Origin: Lama glama
Lineage: Eukaryota
Length of the DNA: 64,000 nucleotides
Direction: 5' to 3'
Assembly: GCA_028534125.1 (NCBI GenBank)
Contig: CM052816.1
Coordinates: forward strand, 71,736,001 to 71,800,000
The translations under genes were made by a program, and so were the position numbers. Under the pieces are notes generated by a model. It searched no databases and was not told where the DNA came from. It saw only the letters and a program-made list of their open reading frames with translations. The stretch's first letter is position 1. Each line of letters begins with the position of its first letter. Positions 1 to 12,779 of the stretch are shown here, one piece after another.

Positions 1-617
1 CTTTCTCTTATTTCTTAGATGTTGGCTTATGCTTTTAGAATTGAGAAGGTACTGGCATATGAAAATGAAGGACATAATCTTGGAAACTTCCTTAGAGAAT
101 GAAGTTTCTTGAAATAATAAAATATAGTAGAGAAGAAAAATTCTATTAAAAACTGGTATAGTTGGCTTTGTGTAACATTGCTATTAAAAGGAAATCTTAT
201 TTATATTTTTCAGCTCACAGCATGCAAAAAACTGAGTTAAAAGAACTCAGAATGAAAAAAAATGTTCAAAAAATGTATCTTGATAAAATAAAACATTCCT
301 CTTACCCTATAAAACTTGCAAATTAGCCTACGTGTGCCAAACTCTCATTCTGAAAGCAGACTGTTAATCTTCACTAGAGCTCCCCATGGGTTTTTATGTC
401 TCATTGTAATTTCCTTTACTCACATCTTTTCTCCCTATGATTTCTTTTTCTCTCATATGCTCTGTTGGCAGTGAAATCATCATAAGAAATGGATAAAGTA
501 AATGAATAAATATAACATCGAAGACAATAAATATTTGACAGTAAAAATAAGTTCTATTGTAATTCTAATTTAGAGTCTCTGAGTTTATATTGTTCTCTGG
601 ACCTTATCTGTGATCCT

Positions 618-780
618 CTTGCTGCTCAGAATGTGGTCCTTGGACCAGCAACTTTGCATCACCTGGGAGCTTGCTGGAAACGCAAAATCTCAGGCTCCAC
701 CCAGACCTACTAGATTGAAATCTGCATTTTGACCAGATCTCCAGGTGTTTCACGTGCCCAGTAAAATTTGAAAAACCCTG
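618..780 (+). mobile_element. MER5A1-like hAT-Charlie non-autonomous DNA transposon
   Basis: 'gtggtccttggaccagca...catcacctgggagcttgctggaaacgcaaaatctcaggctccacccagacctact...tctgcattttgaccagatctccaggtg...tttgaaaaaccctg' follows the recalled MER5A1 consensus end to end. Confidence 0.85.
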
Positions 781-1284
781 CTCAGTCTACGCAGAAGTTG
801 AGATCAAAACTTCTCATCCTTATGTTACTTGAGCTTAAGACAAAAACTACAGGCTAGCTTATAAAATAATTTTATGAGGTTTTAATGTTTAAATTCAATA
901 GAACTACCTTTTAATATTGCTAAAATGATGCTGGGTAATAGATTCAGTTGGACTGAATCCTTCAATTTTAATGTAAAAAAATTTTTTCCACTTCGAGATG
1001 CTGTCCAAATTCCTGTTTTCCATTAGATTTCAGCCGCTGAAGTCTGAGAAAAAGTGCACGACCAGCTGGTTGCACTTACGTTACTCACACCGCTTTGACG
1101 GGGCTGGAAAATTCAGGGTCTTTTCAGCTTCCCACCTCTCCATTGATAATCCATTGAAAATTTTTATAGATGATCTGCAATCCCCATTTTCCCTTACATT
1201 TCTCAAGCCACCAGGCCAGTCTCTTCTTTAGCAAACCTCCTGGCCTCCATCCAGTGTCTGCCCCTCTCACTGAGCTTCCTAAAA

Positions 1285-1678
1285 TGGCATTTCCTGAAGT
1301 ATGTTTACGGGAAAACCAATTCTATACTGTGTTAATAAAAATTACTTCCCCACAGTGTTCAGCGGGCAAATGTGCTTAGGAAATGCTAGATAAAGTGCAA
1401 GAGGATCCTTTATCACCAGGCGGGCCACACTTTCAATAGCAGACACCAAAGGCAGTAGAGTCCTCAATATGGGAGATTAGAAATTTGAAAAAAAAAAAAA
1501 CAACCCACAAATCCCAAACTAATCCTTGACCTCAGCTTTCATAGGCTTATGATCCTTCAGTGATCATTAATGGGCTAGATATATAAAGTATTTTCAAACT
1601 TTATTTGATCAGAGAACCTTTTCTTCACTTGGCATCTATAGAGACTGGTGTTCTGTGACTGAGTTCTTAAAAATACAA
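1285..1678. mobile_element. Degraded hAT-Charlie (Charlie4a-like) element
   Basis: 'tttcctgaagtatgtttacgggaaaacc...ggcaaatgtgcttaggaaatgctag' and 'tttcaaactttatttgatcagagaaccttt' resemble recalled Charlie4 motifs; highly diverged. Confidence 0.45.
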
Positions 1679-1719
1679 GTAGAAAAACCTACTTTCCTCA
1701 TTTTTTTTCTAGCTTAGGA

Positions 1720-2640
1720 ACTCTGAATGGCTTCCTACTCTTGGTCACATCAAGTTCAAATTTCTGTTGTTTTTCCTTCAGGATTTACCTGATCCGATTC
1801 TGCCCTATTGTCCTCCTACCCAAAACTATGCCCCGGGGTTACAACACCCACAGTTTGCTGTTAGGAAGGCTTTTCTTTCCCCTATGATCTGCATAAGAAA
1901 CTCCACCTCCCCGTGCCTTTGCTTGTGACATTCTCCCTCCCTGGAAGGAACCTTTCAACAGGCCACTCAAATCTGAAGCATAATATTTAGGGCCCATTAA
2001 GTGTCAGACTTCTCTGACACTTTAAATTGAGTTCCCCGAAGGTAAACCTAGAAGAGAGGGTTGGTGTGAAGGTGATTTATTAGCAACGTCCAGGAAAAGT
2101 CGCAGGGGAAGAGGAAGGGACTGGGACGAGAAGGGGCCAAGCAAAGGGACCGTCAGGAGCGAAGTCCCATAGAGGGTCACTTGCGCTCAGCCTGGCAGAG
2201 GAGCTCTGGAGACAGTGTCATGACACCTCCAAACTGTCTCATCCAGGACACAGGAGCCAGGGTCCCCAAAGGCTGTGATTAAGGGCTATGTCTGGTTGGG
2301 GGCGGAGAAGTCAAAATCTGCAGGCATTTCCAGCCTCCCTCTGACAAAGACACCTGGCTGCCGGCTGCCAGGAATGGAAGCCCAGGGAGCCCTGAGTGCA
2401 AAACTGGTGACATGATGGGGACAGACGGAGCGCAGGTGGCATCAAGCACAGCTTCCCTGCACCCTTCCCTAGCAGTGTAGCTCTCTGTTGATTGAACCTC
2501 ACACCACTTGTCTCTAGCATTACTTGCTTGCTTACTTGCTTTTATTTTCACATGTATCTTTTTTTTTCTAAATTAATCTAGATTGTAAGCTCTTCCCTGG
2601 CAACGTTCATGTATGGTCATGCTCACGTAACTTACGCACT
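1720..2640 (+). mobile_element. L2 relic, split by the LTR at 2017-2462
   Basis: 'gaatggcttccta...tgcctttgcttgtgacattctccctccctggaa' on the left and 'ctagattgtaagctcttccctggca' on the right are typical L2 3'-region motifs. Confidence 0.5.
2017..2462 (-). mobile_element. Old ERVL-class solo LTR (LTR16/LTR79-like)
   Basis: 'ttgagttccccgaaggtaaacctaga...gtgatttattagc...ggggaagaggaagggactggga...gccaagcaaaggg' matches the reverse complement of an ERVL LTR 3' end, including AATAAA on the minus strand. Confidence 0.6.
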
Positions 2641-2898
2641 CCCAAGCAAACTCATACATTCATTTAGGAAACGTTACCAAACAAAAATTAACCTTTGCTT
2701 TTCACAAATAAGAGTATGATGCTGACCTGACTCCACAGTTTAATGTCTGATAGGAGAAGTCAGGTGGAAGTTGGGGATTCCACTTGGATTAGGGGTGAAG
2801 GAAAGATGATTATTTTTTACCACTGAGTAGAAATTGGACTGGGCTGAAATTAGATGAGTTTGAGAAGACTTTCGTCACAGGGTATAATCTTGAAACTA

Positions 2899-3163
2899 GG
2901 AAATGAATAAGATCTGGGGCTCTAATGCACAACATAGAGATTATACTCAACAGTATTGTATATAACACATCAAAGTTGCCAAGAAATTAGATCTTAGATG
3001 GTCTCATCAAAGGAAAGAAATGGTAAGTGCATAACTTGATAGAGGTAACTAATGCTATGGTGGTAATCACACTGCAGCATATAAAGGTAGCAAATCAACA
3101 CACTGTATACCTTAAACTTATAAAATGTTATGTGTCAATTACATCTCAATTAAAAAACAAGTA
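2899..3163 (+). mobile_element. L1MA9-like 3' end fragment with A-tail and TSD
   Basis: 'tgaataagatctggggctctaatgcacaacat...aaatcaacacactgtataccttaaactta...aatgttatgtgtcaattacatctcaattaaaaaa'; flanks aatcttgaaacta (2886-2898) and aatctcaaaacta (3164-3176). Confidence 0.85.
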
Positions 3164-3289
3164 AATCTCAAAACTATTTAAAGTGAGTTTATTCCTTTTG
3201 ATATTTTACTCCTGATAAAACAGTCTCTTGTTCTGGGTTAGATAAATCCACAAGATTATTAGATAGGTTGATGTGAGGTGTGCTGACTA

Positions 3290-3500
3290 TGCAATTTGGA
3301 GTAAGAAGACCTGAGTCAGTGGGTCCACCTCGCCACTTACTTCATAATCCTCAGTGGATTTAAAACATTTAGGACTTCCTTTTCTTTTTCTTTAACAGTG
3401 GGTTGATGGTAATAATGCTTTTTCTCTTCTCTATCTTTGTTTTGAGGGTTAAAAGAGATAATAATACCTAAGAGGACTTCATAAATCATAAAGCACTGTG
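3290..3500 (+). mobile_element. MIR SINE relic
   Basis: 'ttggagtaagaagacctgagt...gccacttact' head and 'gagggttaaaagagataat...aaatcataaagcactgt' tail. Confidence 0.6.
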
Positions 3501-4901
3501 TCCATTTTAGTAATCATCATAGGGATATTATGCAAATATATAGGACCTTGTAGCTTTTATTCAAGAGTGAACGATGTTAGAGTCCAGTTAAGTCTTTTTT
3601 CAGAAGCAAAAAAGCAATTAGTGATCTCAGAATTCTAAGTTGATTTTCATTTATGTTAGATTTTTATAACTAGAGAATAGTTAACATATAATCACTGAGT
3701 GAAAGCTAGGTTGCTGCTTAAAAGCTCAGAGTTGGTAATCTAGCAGTCATTTCAGGATGCATGTTTTCAAATTGTATTCCTTTCCCATGTCATTTCTTGT
3801 TTTACCATTAAGGTAGCTTTTAGCGTGAGAAGCTCAAAATTGCCAATTAATTAAAACTGTTGCCCAGTTGCCTTCAGCTGCGTCTGTAAGCCTGACTGAG
3901 CTCTGCAGCTGGGCGAGTGCAGCCCTGGAATATCAATCTCATCTCATAATTGTTGCACGATGTTATGCCTCTCACATACGCAGTCTGATGAGCCAGACAA
4001 AGACCAAAAAGACTCCGTTTTTCTCTACTTTTAGGGTGTGTAGATTTATACCACACTTGAGAGCTCTTTGAAATGAATATTTGGGACAAGTGTTCTAGAT
4101 TTTGACTTGCTGTGTTTCGTTTTGGGAACATCTTTCTCTAGCTGTTTCAGAGAGGACAGCACAATGATGCCACTGGGAACCCAGGCTTTCTGGCTCACTG
4201 CCAAGGCAAAGGACCCAGCAGAGGCCTCTGGGCAGTTCCTGGGCACCATGCGCCAGTGCTGCAGCCTCTTGGCAGGGTGGGCTCTAATTTCATGGCAGCC
4301 ATCAATGTTGTCCCCTCTCAAGGAAAGCCTGCATTCTTGGGCTTGCTTGGTGGAAATACGACTTCCCTGGTATCCTGAACCTTCTGCCCCTTAAATGTTG
4401 CTTTCAATTTTGGGTCCAGAGAATCTGATAATACCTTTCAGTGAGCATTTCCATCGTACCAGAAACTGGGTCATGCTATTTGCGTTCTCTCATCGGATCC
4501 CTACACTAATTCTAGAAGTAGGTGCAATTTTGATCCCACTTATGGTTAGGGAAAATGGAGTTTGGAGATCACAATACTTGCTCATCTTCAGCCAGTTCTC
4601 CCTGGAGCAGAACCAGAGATAAAGATTCTGTAGGAAGTGGTTTATTTAGAAAGTGCTTCCAGAAGAAATTAATGAGAAAGTGGGGGAAGCAGGGCTGGGA
4701 AGGGAAGGAAGCTGAGTAAGGATGAAACTTGGCAAAGTGTCAGAGTGTGGCTTTAGCCTCTCAGCACTGGGGAGTTCTGGAGCGTGCATTAAGCCTAGAG
4801 GCTACCCAGATCTGAAGCTGGGGAACTCAGGTCTCACACTCCCTCACTGAGCGGTCCTTTGTGGATGCCCACTCTAGGGGGTGTAAAATCCTAGGCACTT
4901 C

Positions 4902-5384
4902 TTTTAAAAAATTGGAGTATAGTCATTTTACAATGTTGTGTTAATTTCTGGTGTACAGCATAGTGATTTAACTATACATATATATATATATATATATTCT
5001 TTTTCATATTCTTTTTCATTATAGGGCATTACAAAGTACTGAATATAGTTCCCTGTGCTATACAGTAGAAACTTGTTGTTTATCTATTTTATATATCTAT
5101 TTTATATATATTTGCAGTTAGTATCTGCAAATCCTGAACTCCCAATTCATCCCTCCCCACTCCCTCCTGGTAACCACAAGTTTGTTTTCTATGTCTCTGA
5201 GTCTGTCTTTGTTTTGTAAATAAGTCCATTTATGTCTTTTTTTTTTTTAAGATTACACATATAAGTGATCTCATATGGTACTTTTCTTTCTTTTTCTGGC
5301 TTACTTCACTTAGTAAGACAATCTCCAGATCCATCCATGTTGCTGCAAATGGCATTATTTTATTTGTTTTTTATGGTATTCCAT

Positions 5385-5419
<35 letters not shown>

Positions 5420-5431
5420 ATACACCACATC
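4902..5431 (-). mobile_element. Young cetartiodactyl-type L1 3' fragment
   Basis: 'ttggagtatagtcatttacaatgttgtgttaatttctggtgtacagc...gaatatagttccctgtgctatacagtag...tccatccatgttgctgcaaatggcatt'; imperfect TSD ctaggcacttctttt (4891-4905) / ctaggtactttt (5443-5454). Confidence 0.9.
5385..5419. repeat. (TG)n microsatellite inside the L1 fragment
   Basis: Visible TG run with a short TA interruption. Confidence 0.9.
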
Positions 5432-5719
5432 CTAGGTATATTCTAGGTACTTTTAACTCTACTTGGCTTCTGAAGTCTGAAAACACTCCTGGGGTTGGGG
5501 GGTTGAGGATGGGATGGTCTATACACTGAAAATTGGAAGACGAAATGCAATGAAGGAGGGCTAGAGAGTGACCAATATTATCCTATGCAGTGACATAGCT
5601 AAAATGCAGTGAAGCCGAGATTTCAACCAAGCTCTCTCTGATTCTAAAATTTAGGTATTTTTAACTGCTATCCTGAATGTTAAACAAAAGTGGTCTGGTG
5701 TTTGGGCAAGCAGGGTCAT

Positions 5720-6118
5720 GGGGGTTCTGTATATTGTGTCCCAGGAGGAAGTGTTGACAAAAGTTAACCATAAATATTCTGAAGTAGGGAAGATTAGAGA
5801 AAGAAAAGAGAGTTGTTATGAATTGTTTTGAGGGCCATCAAGCCCTGGGAATGAGGAGTTTTGAGCAAGGTTGTTTCCAAGTGCAGAGCGAGAATCTAGG
5901 GTGTAACCTACAGGGAAACAGATTAAAGCTTGATACAAGGAAGATTTTTAGGGCAACGAGACTTTTCTAGTAAGAGAATCAGCTGTTTCTACAAGGAAAA
6001 AAAATTGGCCATACTTCACATTTTCAAACAGTCCCCAGAAAATCATCTGTCAAAGAGGTCCCATCATGTGGAAGTTGGACTAAGAGACTGACTTCTGAAA
6101 TCCTCTGATTTTCTAAGA
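5720..6118 (+). mobile_element. L3/CR1 3' end relic
   Basis: 'tacagggaaacagattaaagcttgatacaaggaagattttta...ggaagttggactaagagactgacttctgaaatcc' resembles the recalled L3 3' terminus. Confidence 0.55.
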
Positions 6119-7289
6119 AGGCTTAGTTTGGAGAAGCCATTTGTCTTGTCACCTTGTCATTTCCAGGCATAAATCTCATAATGATATTACAGATACACGC
6201 TTTTGTTTTAATGCAGAAATGAAGTGAGCTAACTTCCATTTGAAATATGAAATTTAAGAAGAGTCAGTCACCCTGCCTACCTCCCCACCCCCCATCACAT
6301 CTCTTCCTTTGTAATAAGCAAATAAGCCAGGAGACAGGATGACTGCAGCATTAGGGAACTGAGTATGTGCAAATGTCCTCTAAATCGCTTAGGATAAGTC
6401 TGAACTTTACAAAATTGAAGCTAGATGATTGTAAAATAGAGTTGAAAGAGAAGTGAACATCAGCACAGAGAGCATGGCTACAGAATTGAGTCAAAACAAC
6501 TCAAAATAACTAATCCGGTACAGACAAGTTCAATAATTAATAATCCCACTTAAGAGGAAACTGTTTTGCAGGCTATCCGCAAGTATTTTTCCCTGTGCTT
6601 TTAAGTTTTTCAAAGGTTGACACTGAAGGTCTTAAATAATTCAAATTCTATGTTATTTATTTTAAAAACATTGAAAATCCTGAGAAAGACGTCTTTGTTC
6701 CAAAAAGAGGTTTTCTTTCCCTTTTCAAATAAAGTGTCATATCTAAATAGCCAATTAACAGGAACATTAAGGGTAGTTAAATAACTCACCAGAATTAGTT
6801 CATGTCTTTTAGTGCTCCTTCAGGATAAGCAGAGGGAAGTGATGAGCTGAACAATTAACTGTGATTTTAGTTAAAAGAGTCTGCAGGTTAAAAGCTTGAT
6901 ACTTTCCCTAATGAAAATGATTGTCGGCATTTTCTCAGTGATGGGCTTGATTCTGGTTGGAGAAGTTTATTTTCTTAATCCTTCTGCCTTTCGCTCTCCG
7001 CTTCCCTCTCCCTTTCTACATCCCTTTCACTCTGTTCTCTTGCTTTCTAGGTTACTGTAGGAGGAGAGACTCTCCAATTAAAGAATATTTAGTTTTCTTT
7101 TCTTTGGCTGATGACACGGGCACATAAGTCAGACCAGGCAGGCAGTGAGAGTTCCTGAGAGTTGGTTTTGGTTTTTTTTCTCATAGAAATATGTACCTCT
7201 GAGCAAGTCCCCATTTGGTAAATGGCAACCTGGTTCATTACAAGATTCCTCTCTTCCAAGAAATCTGTAGACTTAGATTTCCTACATTT

Positions 7290-7660
7290 TGTCAAGCATG
7301 TTACACCTAACTTTTTGTTTCACTCAGCATCATGCTGTTTTAGATTTATCCATGGTAACAGATACAGCTGTAATTAATTTATTTGGGCTGATGTCAAATA
7401 GTCCCTTCGGTGAATATATCACAGTGTATCTGTTCATTTTCAAGTCAATGAAACTTGAGCTTATTTCTGATTTTTTGCTTTTATTGATGAAGCTGCAAAT
7501 AAATTTCTTGCCATGCATAGTATGGCTTCCCCAAAAGGCTTAGAACATGATTTTCTCTATCTATACTAAATGGTGCTATATTAACCTCCAGTGTGGCTGC
7601 CCTGACTTACATGTTTACCCTTGATATGCAGTTGGGAACAGAGACCAGTATGTGAGTCTA
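7290..7660 (-). mobile_element. Ancient L1ME-type 3' region fragment
   Basis: 'ttcactcagcatcatgctgttttagatttatccatg...tgaatatatcacagtgtatctgttcattttc...aagctgcaaataaatttcttg'. Confidence 0.7.
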
Positions 7661-7791
7661 TTGTTCTTTGTGAGTTCCTCCTATAAGGTACAGTAGTCAA
7701 GGCAATAATGTGCAAGGATGGACTTCAAAAGGCAAGACTGATTGCTAAAACTCTATTGTGGATAATTGTGTAAGTAGTGCAATTAAGTATA

Positions 7792-8114
7792 CAGTCATCC
7801 CTCAGTATCCTCAAGGGATCGGTTCCATACTCTGCAGATGCCAAAATCAGCAGATGTTCAAGTCCCTTATATAAAATGATAATAGTATTTGAATATAACC
7901 TATGCATGTCCTCCGTGTACTATAAATCATCTCTAGATTACTTATAGTACCTAATACAATGTAAATGCTATGTAAATAGTTACCGACACATGGCAAATTC
8001 AAGTTTTGCTTTGGGGAACTTTCTGGGTTTTTTTTGTTAGTTTGTTTGCTTTAATGTTTTTGATCTGCAGTTCATTGCAAAGATGTGAAGCCATTGGATG
8101 TGAAGGGCTAACTA
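7792..8114 (+). mobile_element. MER2/Tigger2-related TcMar-Tigger non-autonomous element
   Basis: Starts TA|cagtcatccctcagtatcc and ends ggatgtgaagggctaacta|TA (degenerate TIRs, TA target duplication); internal 'caagtcccttatataaaatg...aaatcatctctagattacttata...ggcaaattcaagttttgcttt'. Confidence 0.9.
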
Positions 8115-8439
8115 TAAAATCTAATTGTAAAGATACTTTTGAACATCCTTGTTGGTAGGCTTAACACACAGTGGAAATCATGAAACTGAGGACAATTCCA
8201 TATGGACTAGGTAAATAGTGAGCTGAAATCTTCACGTTAGTCTTTGAGAAGTTGTATTATCCTCTTCCTGAAGGTGTTTCTGGTTTTTGTGTACAAGTCT
8301 ATGGCTTACTTACTTTTATATCTTTTCATATCTTTTTATTTCAGTCAGGCCTTTGCCTAATTTATTCTACTAGGATCATAATTTCATAAGCTCTGTCAAC
8401 ACTGTGGTATTGTAGAACTGTATACTGTATAGTCAGAAT

Positions 8440-8610
8440 CAACATACCTACTAAGTGCAACTTTCCTAGGTCTTGAAGATTTAGCAGTGAGCAAGACGGA
8501 GATGCTCGTTGCACAGATAGAGCTTACAGTTCAATGGAGGGGAAAGACAGTAAAAAAGAGAGTACAGTCATTTCAGATCATATGAAGAGGGTGAAGGAAT
8601 TATAACAGTG
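8440..8610 (-). mobile_element. L2 3' end relic
   Basis: 'cctactaagtgc...ctaggtcttgaagatttagcagtgagcaagac...gagcttacagttcaatggaggggaaagacag'. Confidence 0.65.
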
Positions 8611-9869
8611 ACATGTGAGGGTCTAGGGATGGTTGACAACATGTTTATTATGAACACCTTCCAGGTGCCAATGACATGCATCAGTTCTTATCAGTGTTAG
8701 AGTGCGCAAGGTACTAGAGTCCAGAGGCTTTATCTTTTGACTTGATTTGAGATTGCCTACCAGTATTATTCATATGAGGGCTTTTGATATCATCAAGTGA
8801 TCATATTGTGATAATTATTATCACAGTAATTTTGTATTTATTATATGAGACATGAACAGTGTAGACATTTCAAAAAAGTACCTTATAACCCAGCAGAAGA
8901 GATCACATATCACACATGAAAAGTAACCTGAATACAAAGTAGTGATTGCTGGCTATCAGATGGGAGGTGCATTCCCTGAAACTAAGAGAGTTCATTAAAA
9001 CATGTCACCTTGGGGTCGTCAAGAAGGAATTCCATGAGGACGTGTGATATAGGTGTGAAGACTGATTGCTATTTGATATTGAAATTGTAAACCTGGATCT
9101 GTGGGGCATTATAATTCTCTGTAATATTAGTTTATTTACTCTAACAGCTTTTCTTTTCTTGCCCCAGATTCCATTCTGAATTAACTGGACTTCTATCTGG
9201 CATCTGCTTATTAGGCCTGATTTCTTGCCTGGAATGGCCCTCCATTGCTCTTTCCTCCTCTCTTCCCAGCCTCCTGGGTGGTGGTGGGCGGGTCTGGAAT
9301 TCCTCCTGCCCCCAATCACCTGCCTGCCACCAAGTTTGTCCTAAAATGGCTTCTCCCTTCCCTTCGATGACCTGTCACAGTGACAATCAACGTATAGAAA
9401 AGGAGTCACACACACAAGGAAAAACAAAATCATAGTGATTTTCTCTGGCTGAGAAAAAAAAAATCTGTTGGCAGCAATCTTCTTTCAGAGTTCCATTCTC
9501 AACAGCTACTTTGACAAGGTTTCTTCAATTCCATTTTATTTTGTTTAAAAAATACAGTAGGAATAAAATAAAGGGGTCGATAAGTTTTACTGCATTGGCA
9601 ATTAAGAAGCACAGCTTAAGAGTAAGAAGATAAGTTTGGAATGAATCAGAGCAAAAATGAAAAGAAAAAATGGGATGTATTCAGGTTTATTAGAAAATAA
9701 AAGAATAAATGAAATCGTGACAAGAGAATATAAAGAATTCTGAATAATAGCAACTGGAGAGTACAGGGCCTGATGAAGTAGCATCTAAGATTTTTCTAGA
9801 AGAAACTTGAACACATTTCAGTATTAGATTGTTTCAGGAATCCACTTTTCAAGGAAGAAAACCAGATTC

Positions 9870-10075
9870 TCATTCATTTACTCAATACATGTATGAAGTC
9901 TGGGCGATACAGCCATCACTGCAAAACTGAGATAAAGAGCTGAATTTCTGCCTTTGAACAGTTTGTGGTCTAGAATGGAGATAGACGTTCAGACAGACCA
10001 TGGCAGTGGAAAATGATTGTTAACTGAGGCAGCTCTGAGGAGGCTGAGGGCAGAGTGGAAACAGGGGCTACCTCA
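9870..10075 (-). mobile_element. L2 3' end relic
   Basis: 'cattcatttactcaatacatgtatga...ctgcctttgaacagtttgtggtctagaatggagatagac'. Confidence 0.5.
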
Positions 10076-11700
10076 GTTTTCTCTGGGTAATAACATCCTA
10101 TCACTAGGGTGGCTTTAGAAACTTGAGGCATTTTTTTCAATTTTACATTATAATTAAAATTTCAGAGCTAGGTTCACTGATTCTCAAACCTTTTAATTTA
10201 CCTTCTCTACAAAATGCAATCCAGTTATTTTTCCTTTTCTTCACCCTCCTTAATTCCTCTGCTCCTTTTTTACAGCTGCCTGCCACCCACTTTTGAATTT
10301 TCTTCTTGGACTCAAATCTCTCACTCCTTCCTCTCAGCTTTATGTTCCAGGCGTGGAGACAGAGCATCGACCACGTTTTCTAGTCCACATTTCTTCTCTC
10401 TCTGGCTTTAGTGCCCTGCGCAGGGTTCTGCTTAGACAAGGCTTGTTGGCCAAATGCCGAGCATTTCCAAAGCCACCCCAGAGACAGTGTCATTGCAGCG
10501 CTATCTGCTTATGGGTTTCAGAAAGAAATCAAGGCAACTGATTAAACAGCAACTCTGTTTTTCCTGTGGAATCACCTCTCTGAGAATCAGTGGGAAGTAA
10601 ATTAGAGGAAAGAAACCCACAGGGAAAGTTGTTCTTGATTAGACATCACTCCCACTGACCACTCGGAGGGCAGCCCAGTGCTCAGCAGTGGTTGGTTTTA
10701 TCACAAAGCACGGGAATCATGTGCACTGGCGCTGAAGGAATTACCTACCAGTTAAGGGAACTGGCTTGGAATTCTGTTTAAGCCAGGACAGGAAGCCTTA
10801 TGATGCATTCGCAGGTCAATATTTTGGAAGGGAAATAGACACTCATCATGTGGGAGACAACTGCTTTCTAAGCAGGAACCCCCTGTAAGTGTACTGATTA
10901 TATGTGTGTGTGTATATATATATAATGATTTCCTTTCTGATTGTTCTCAGTACAAAATTCCTATGTAAGTATTTCTGTAATATATAAACAAAGCAGAAAT
11001 GTACAAAGTACAATGTCAAATTTCCCCTTTAGTCTTCCCCTCAAAGATAACCTCCATCAACTGATATATATATTTTTTCCTGTTTTTCGTTTCTCCATAT
11101 ATGCCATGTGCAATGGATTTTAATAATATATATAGATGAGATGATATAAATTTGTATTGCTAGATTTGTATAGCTCTGTGATTTTATTTTTTTCACTTAA
11201 CATTCTTTGTTTACATCACCAGGTTAGAATTAGATACTTAACATTACTAGTAAAATGTATGATAATTCATACTGAATAAATTCAGATTCAAAAGAGAGTT
11301 AGGTAGGCTAAATTCTCATTTTGCTGGGCCTGTTTTCAAAGAAGCAGTTGAGTCTCAAATGGGCAATCCATATGGTGTATTTGAAATAACTTAAAATCTG
11401 AACAGGGAATGGTTAATCACGGTGTATGATAGAGAGCAGGTACTATTATAAATACTTGTTCAGTTGTAGTTAATTCACTTCCCTTAGATTGTTATTACAA
11501 GTGAATAGTGGGGTTCTCTGTTAATCCATTTATATATTGCAAGGTACCCTCCAAGGAACTGAGTCTGTCTCATTTTATCAGTCAATCTATAAATATTTAT
11601 TTCTGCTTACTTCGTCAGTCAACAAAACTCACCCACTCTGAGGAGTCTTTTCTATACCAGGAGTTTTGGAGGTGGGAAGTCATTCTCAAATCAGTAAGAT

Positions 11701-11925
11701 CAATAATAATAAACTGTTACATTGTAGAGGGCTTTGCTGTTTGCAAGACTCCTTCACAGGCCTCATCCCATTTCACACAGACAACATCCTTGGGACATGG
11801 TTGTCATTCCCATTTTATAGAGGAAGAAAGTGAGCCTCTGATTGTAATTGATCATCCCACGCCACTGAGGACAGAAAAGTGAAAAAGCAGAGACTCAGAC
11901 TTCCTTACATCAAATTCAGGTATGG
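11701..11925 (-). mobile_element. MIR SINE
   Basis: 'aataataataa...ttgcaagactccttcaca...catcccatttca...tcccattttatagaggaagaaagtgagcctc' includes the MIR core. Confidence 0.75.
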
Positions 11926-12097
11926 CTGGTGTACTTTTTTTGTATTAAACTTACTGCCCTTATAGGACATACCATTAAAAAAAATAATTCACACCTAAAG
12001 AGCTATTTATATAGAGGGGGCAAGAGGACTTCTGTTGGTATACAAATAACAATTTAGTACATGATGAGGCTATATGCACATTAAATGAATAGTATAT

Positions 12098-12270
12098 TCT
12101 GGTTCTCAACATGTGGTCCTTTGACCACAGCAGCGTCCCCTGGAAACTTGCTAGGAAAGCAAGGTGCCACCCTAGATCTACTAAATCAAGACCTGCTGGG
12201 GGGCCCTGTAATGTGGTTTTAATAAACCCTCCAGGCTATTTCAAATGCACATTAAAACTTGAGAACCATA
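12098..12270 (+). mobile_element. MER5A hAT-Charlie element
   Basis: TIR-like 'tggttctcaa' ... 'ttgagaacca'; internal 'ctggaaacttgctaggaaagca...ttttaataaaccctccagg'. Confidence 0.85.
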
Positions 12271-12779
12271 GTTCTAGCCTGTAAACTGGCAGAAGATAAA
12301 TAACTTGCTGTTCAAATCTGAACAGCTACCTGTCTGAACCTTCCTGCTGAAACATATCCTACTGAGGTCAAAAGATATACCTTCTACAGAGATCAAAAGA
12401 CAGCTTTCTCACTTGAAATATAAGCAGCCGCTTTCTGTGGGGCCAGGTCAGGGCTTATTGCTTCCAGGTATAGATTAGGATTTCACTTCTCTTAATGTAT
12501 TCTCTCTATTTGTTGTTACTGTGCAAAGGAAATTTCAAAAGCCTCTTTAATATATTTCTCTATTATTTCCCATTTCCCACAAGAATGGAAAATATGAAAT
12601 AATTTTATGCTTTTTCATATAGGAATATGAAGTAATTTTATACTTTTTACTGACTTATTAAACTCTGCAAGCTAAAAAAATAGACAACGCACAAAACAGA
12701 ATAGAAATAAAGTTTCCCCAATATTAACTACACAATTCCACAATAACTATGATAAGCAAGATGGTTATGTTTTGGTGAC

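Larger units (their letters stand above)
4583..5589 (-). mobile_element. Old ERVL-class solo LTR (LTR16/LTR79-like), interrupted by a young L1 fragment
   Basis: 'ttctccctggagcagaaccagagataaagattc...ggaagtggtttatttagaaagtgcttccagaag...ggaagcagggctgggaagggaaggaagc'; same family signature as 2017-2462. Confidence 0.65.
4425..5670 (-). mobile_element. MIR split into two halves (4425-4584 and 5590-5670) by a nested LTR and L1
   Basis: The left half ends 'gggaaaatggagtttggagatcacaatacttgctca' and the right half resumes 'gtgacatagcta...gccgagatttcaaccaagctctctctgattctaaa', contiguous in the MIR consensus. Confidence 0.7.

Noticed and set aside
1076..1090. Exact 15-mer ttacgttactcacac recurring at 63343-63357
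   Set aside because: About one or more 15-mer matches are expected by chance in 64 kb, and the similarity does not extend.
3983..4020. CTGATGAG hammerhead-ribozyme-like core
   Set aside because: There is no downstream stem II closed by CGAAA and no compatible flanking helices.
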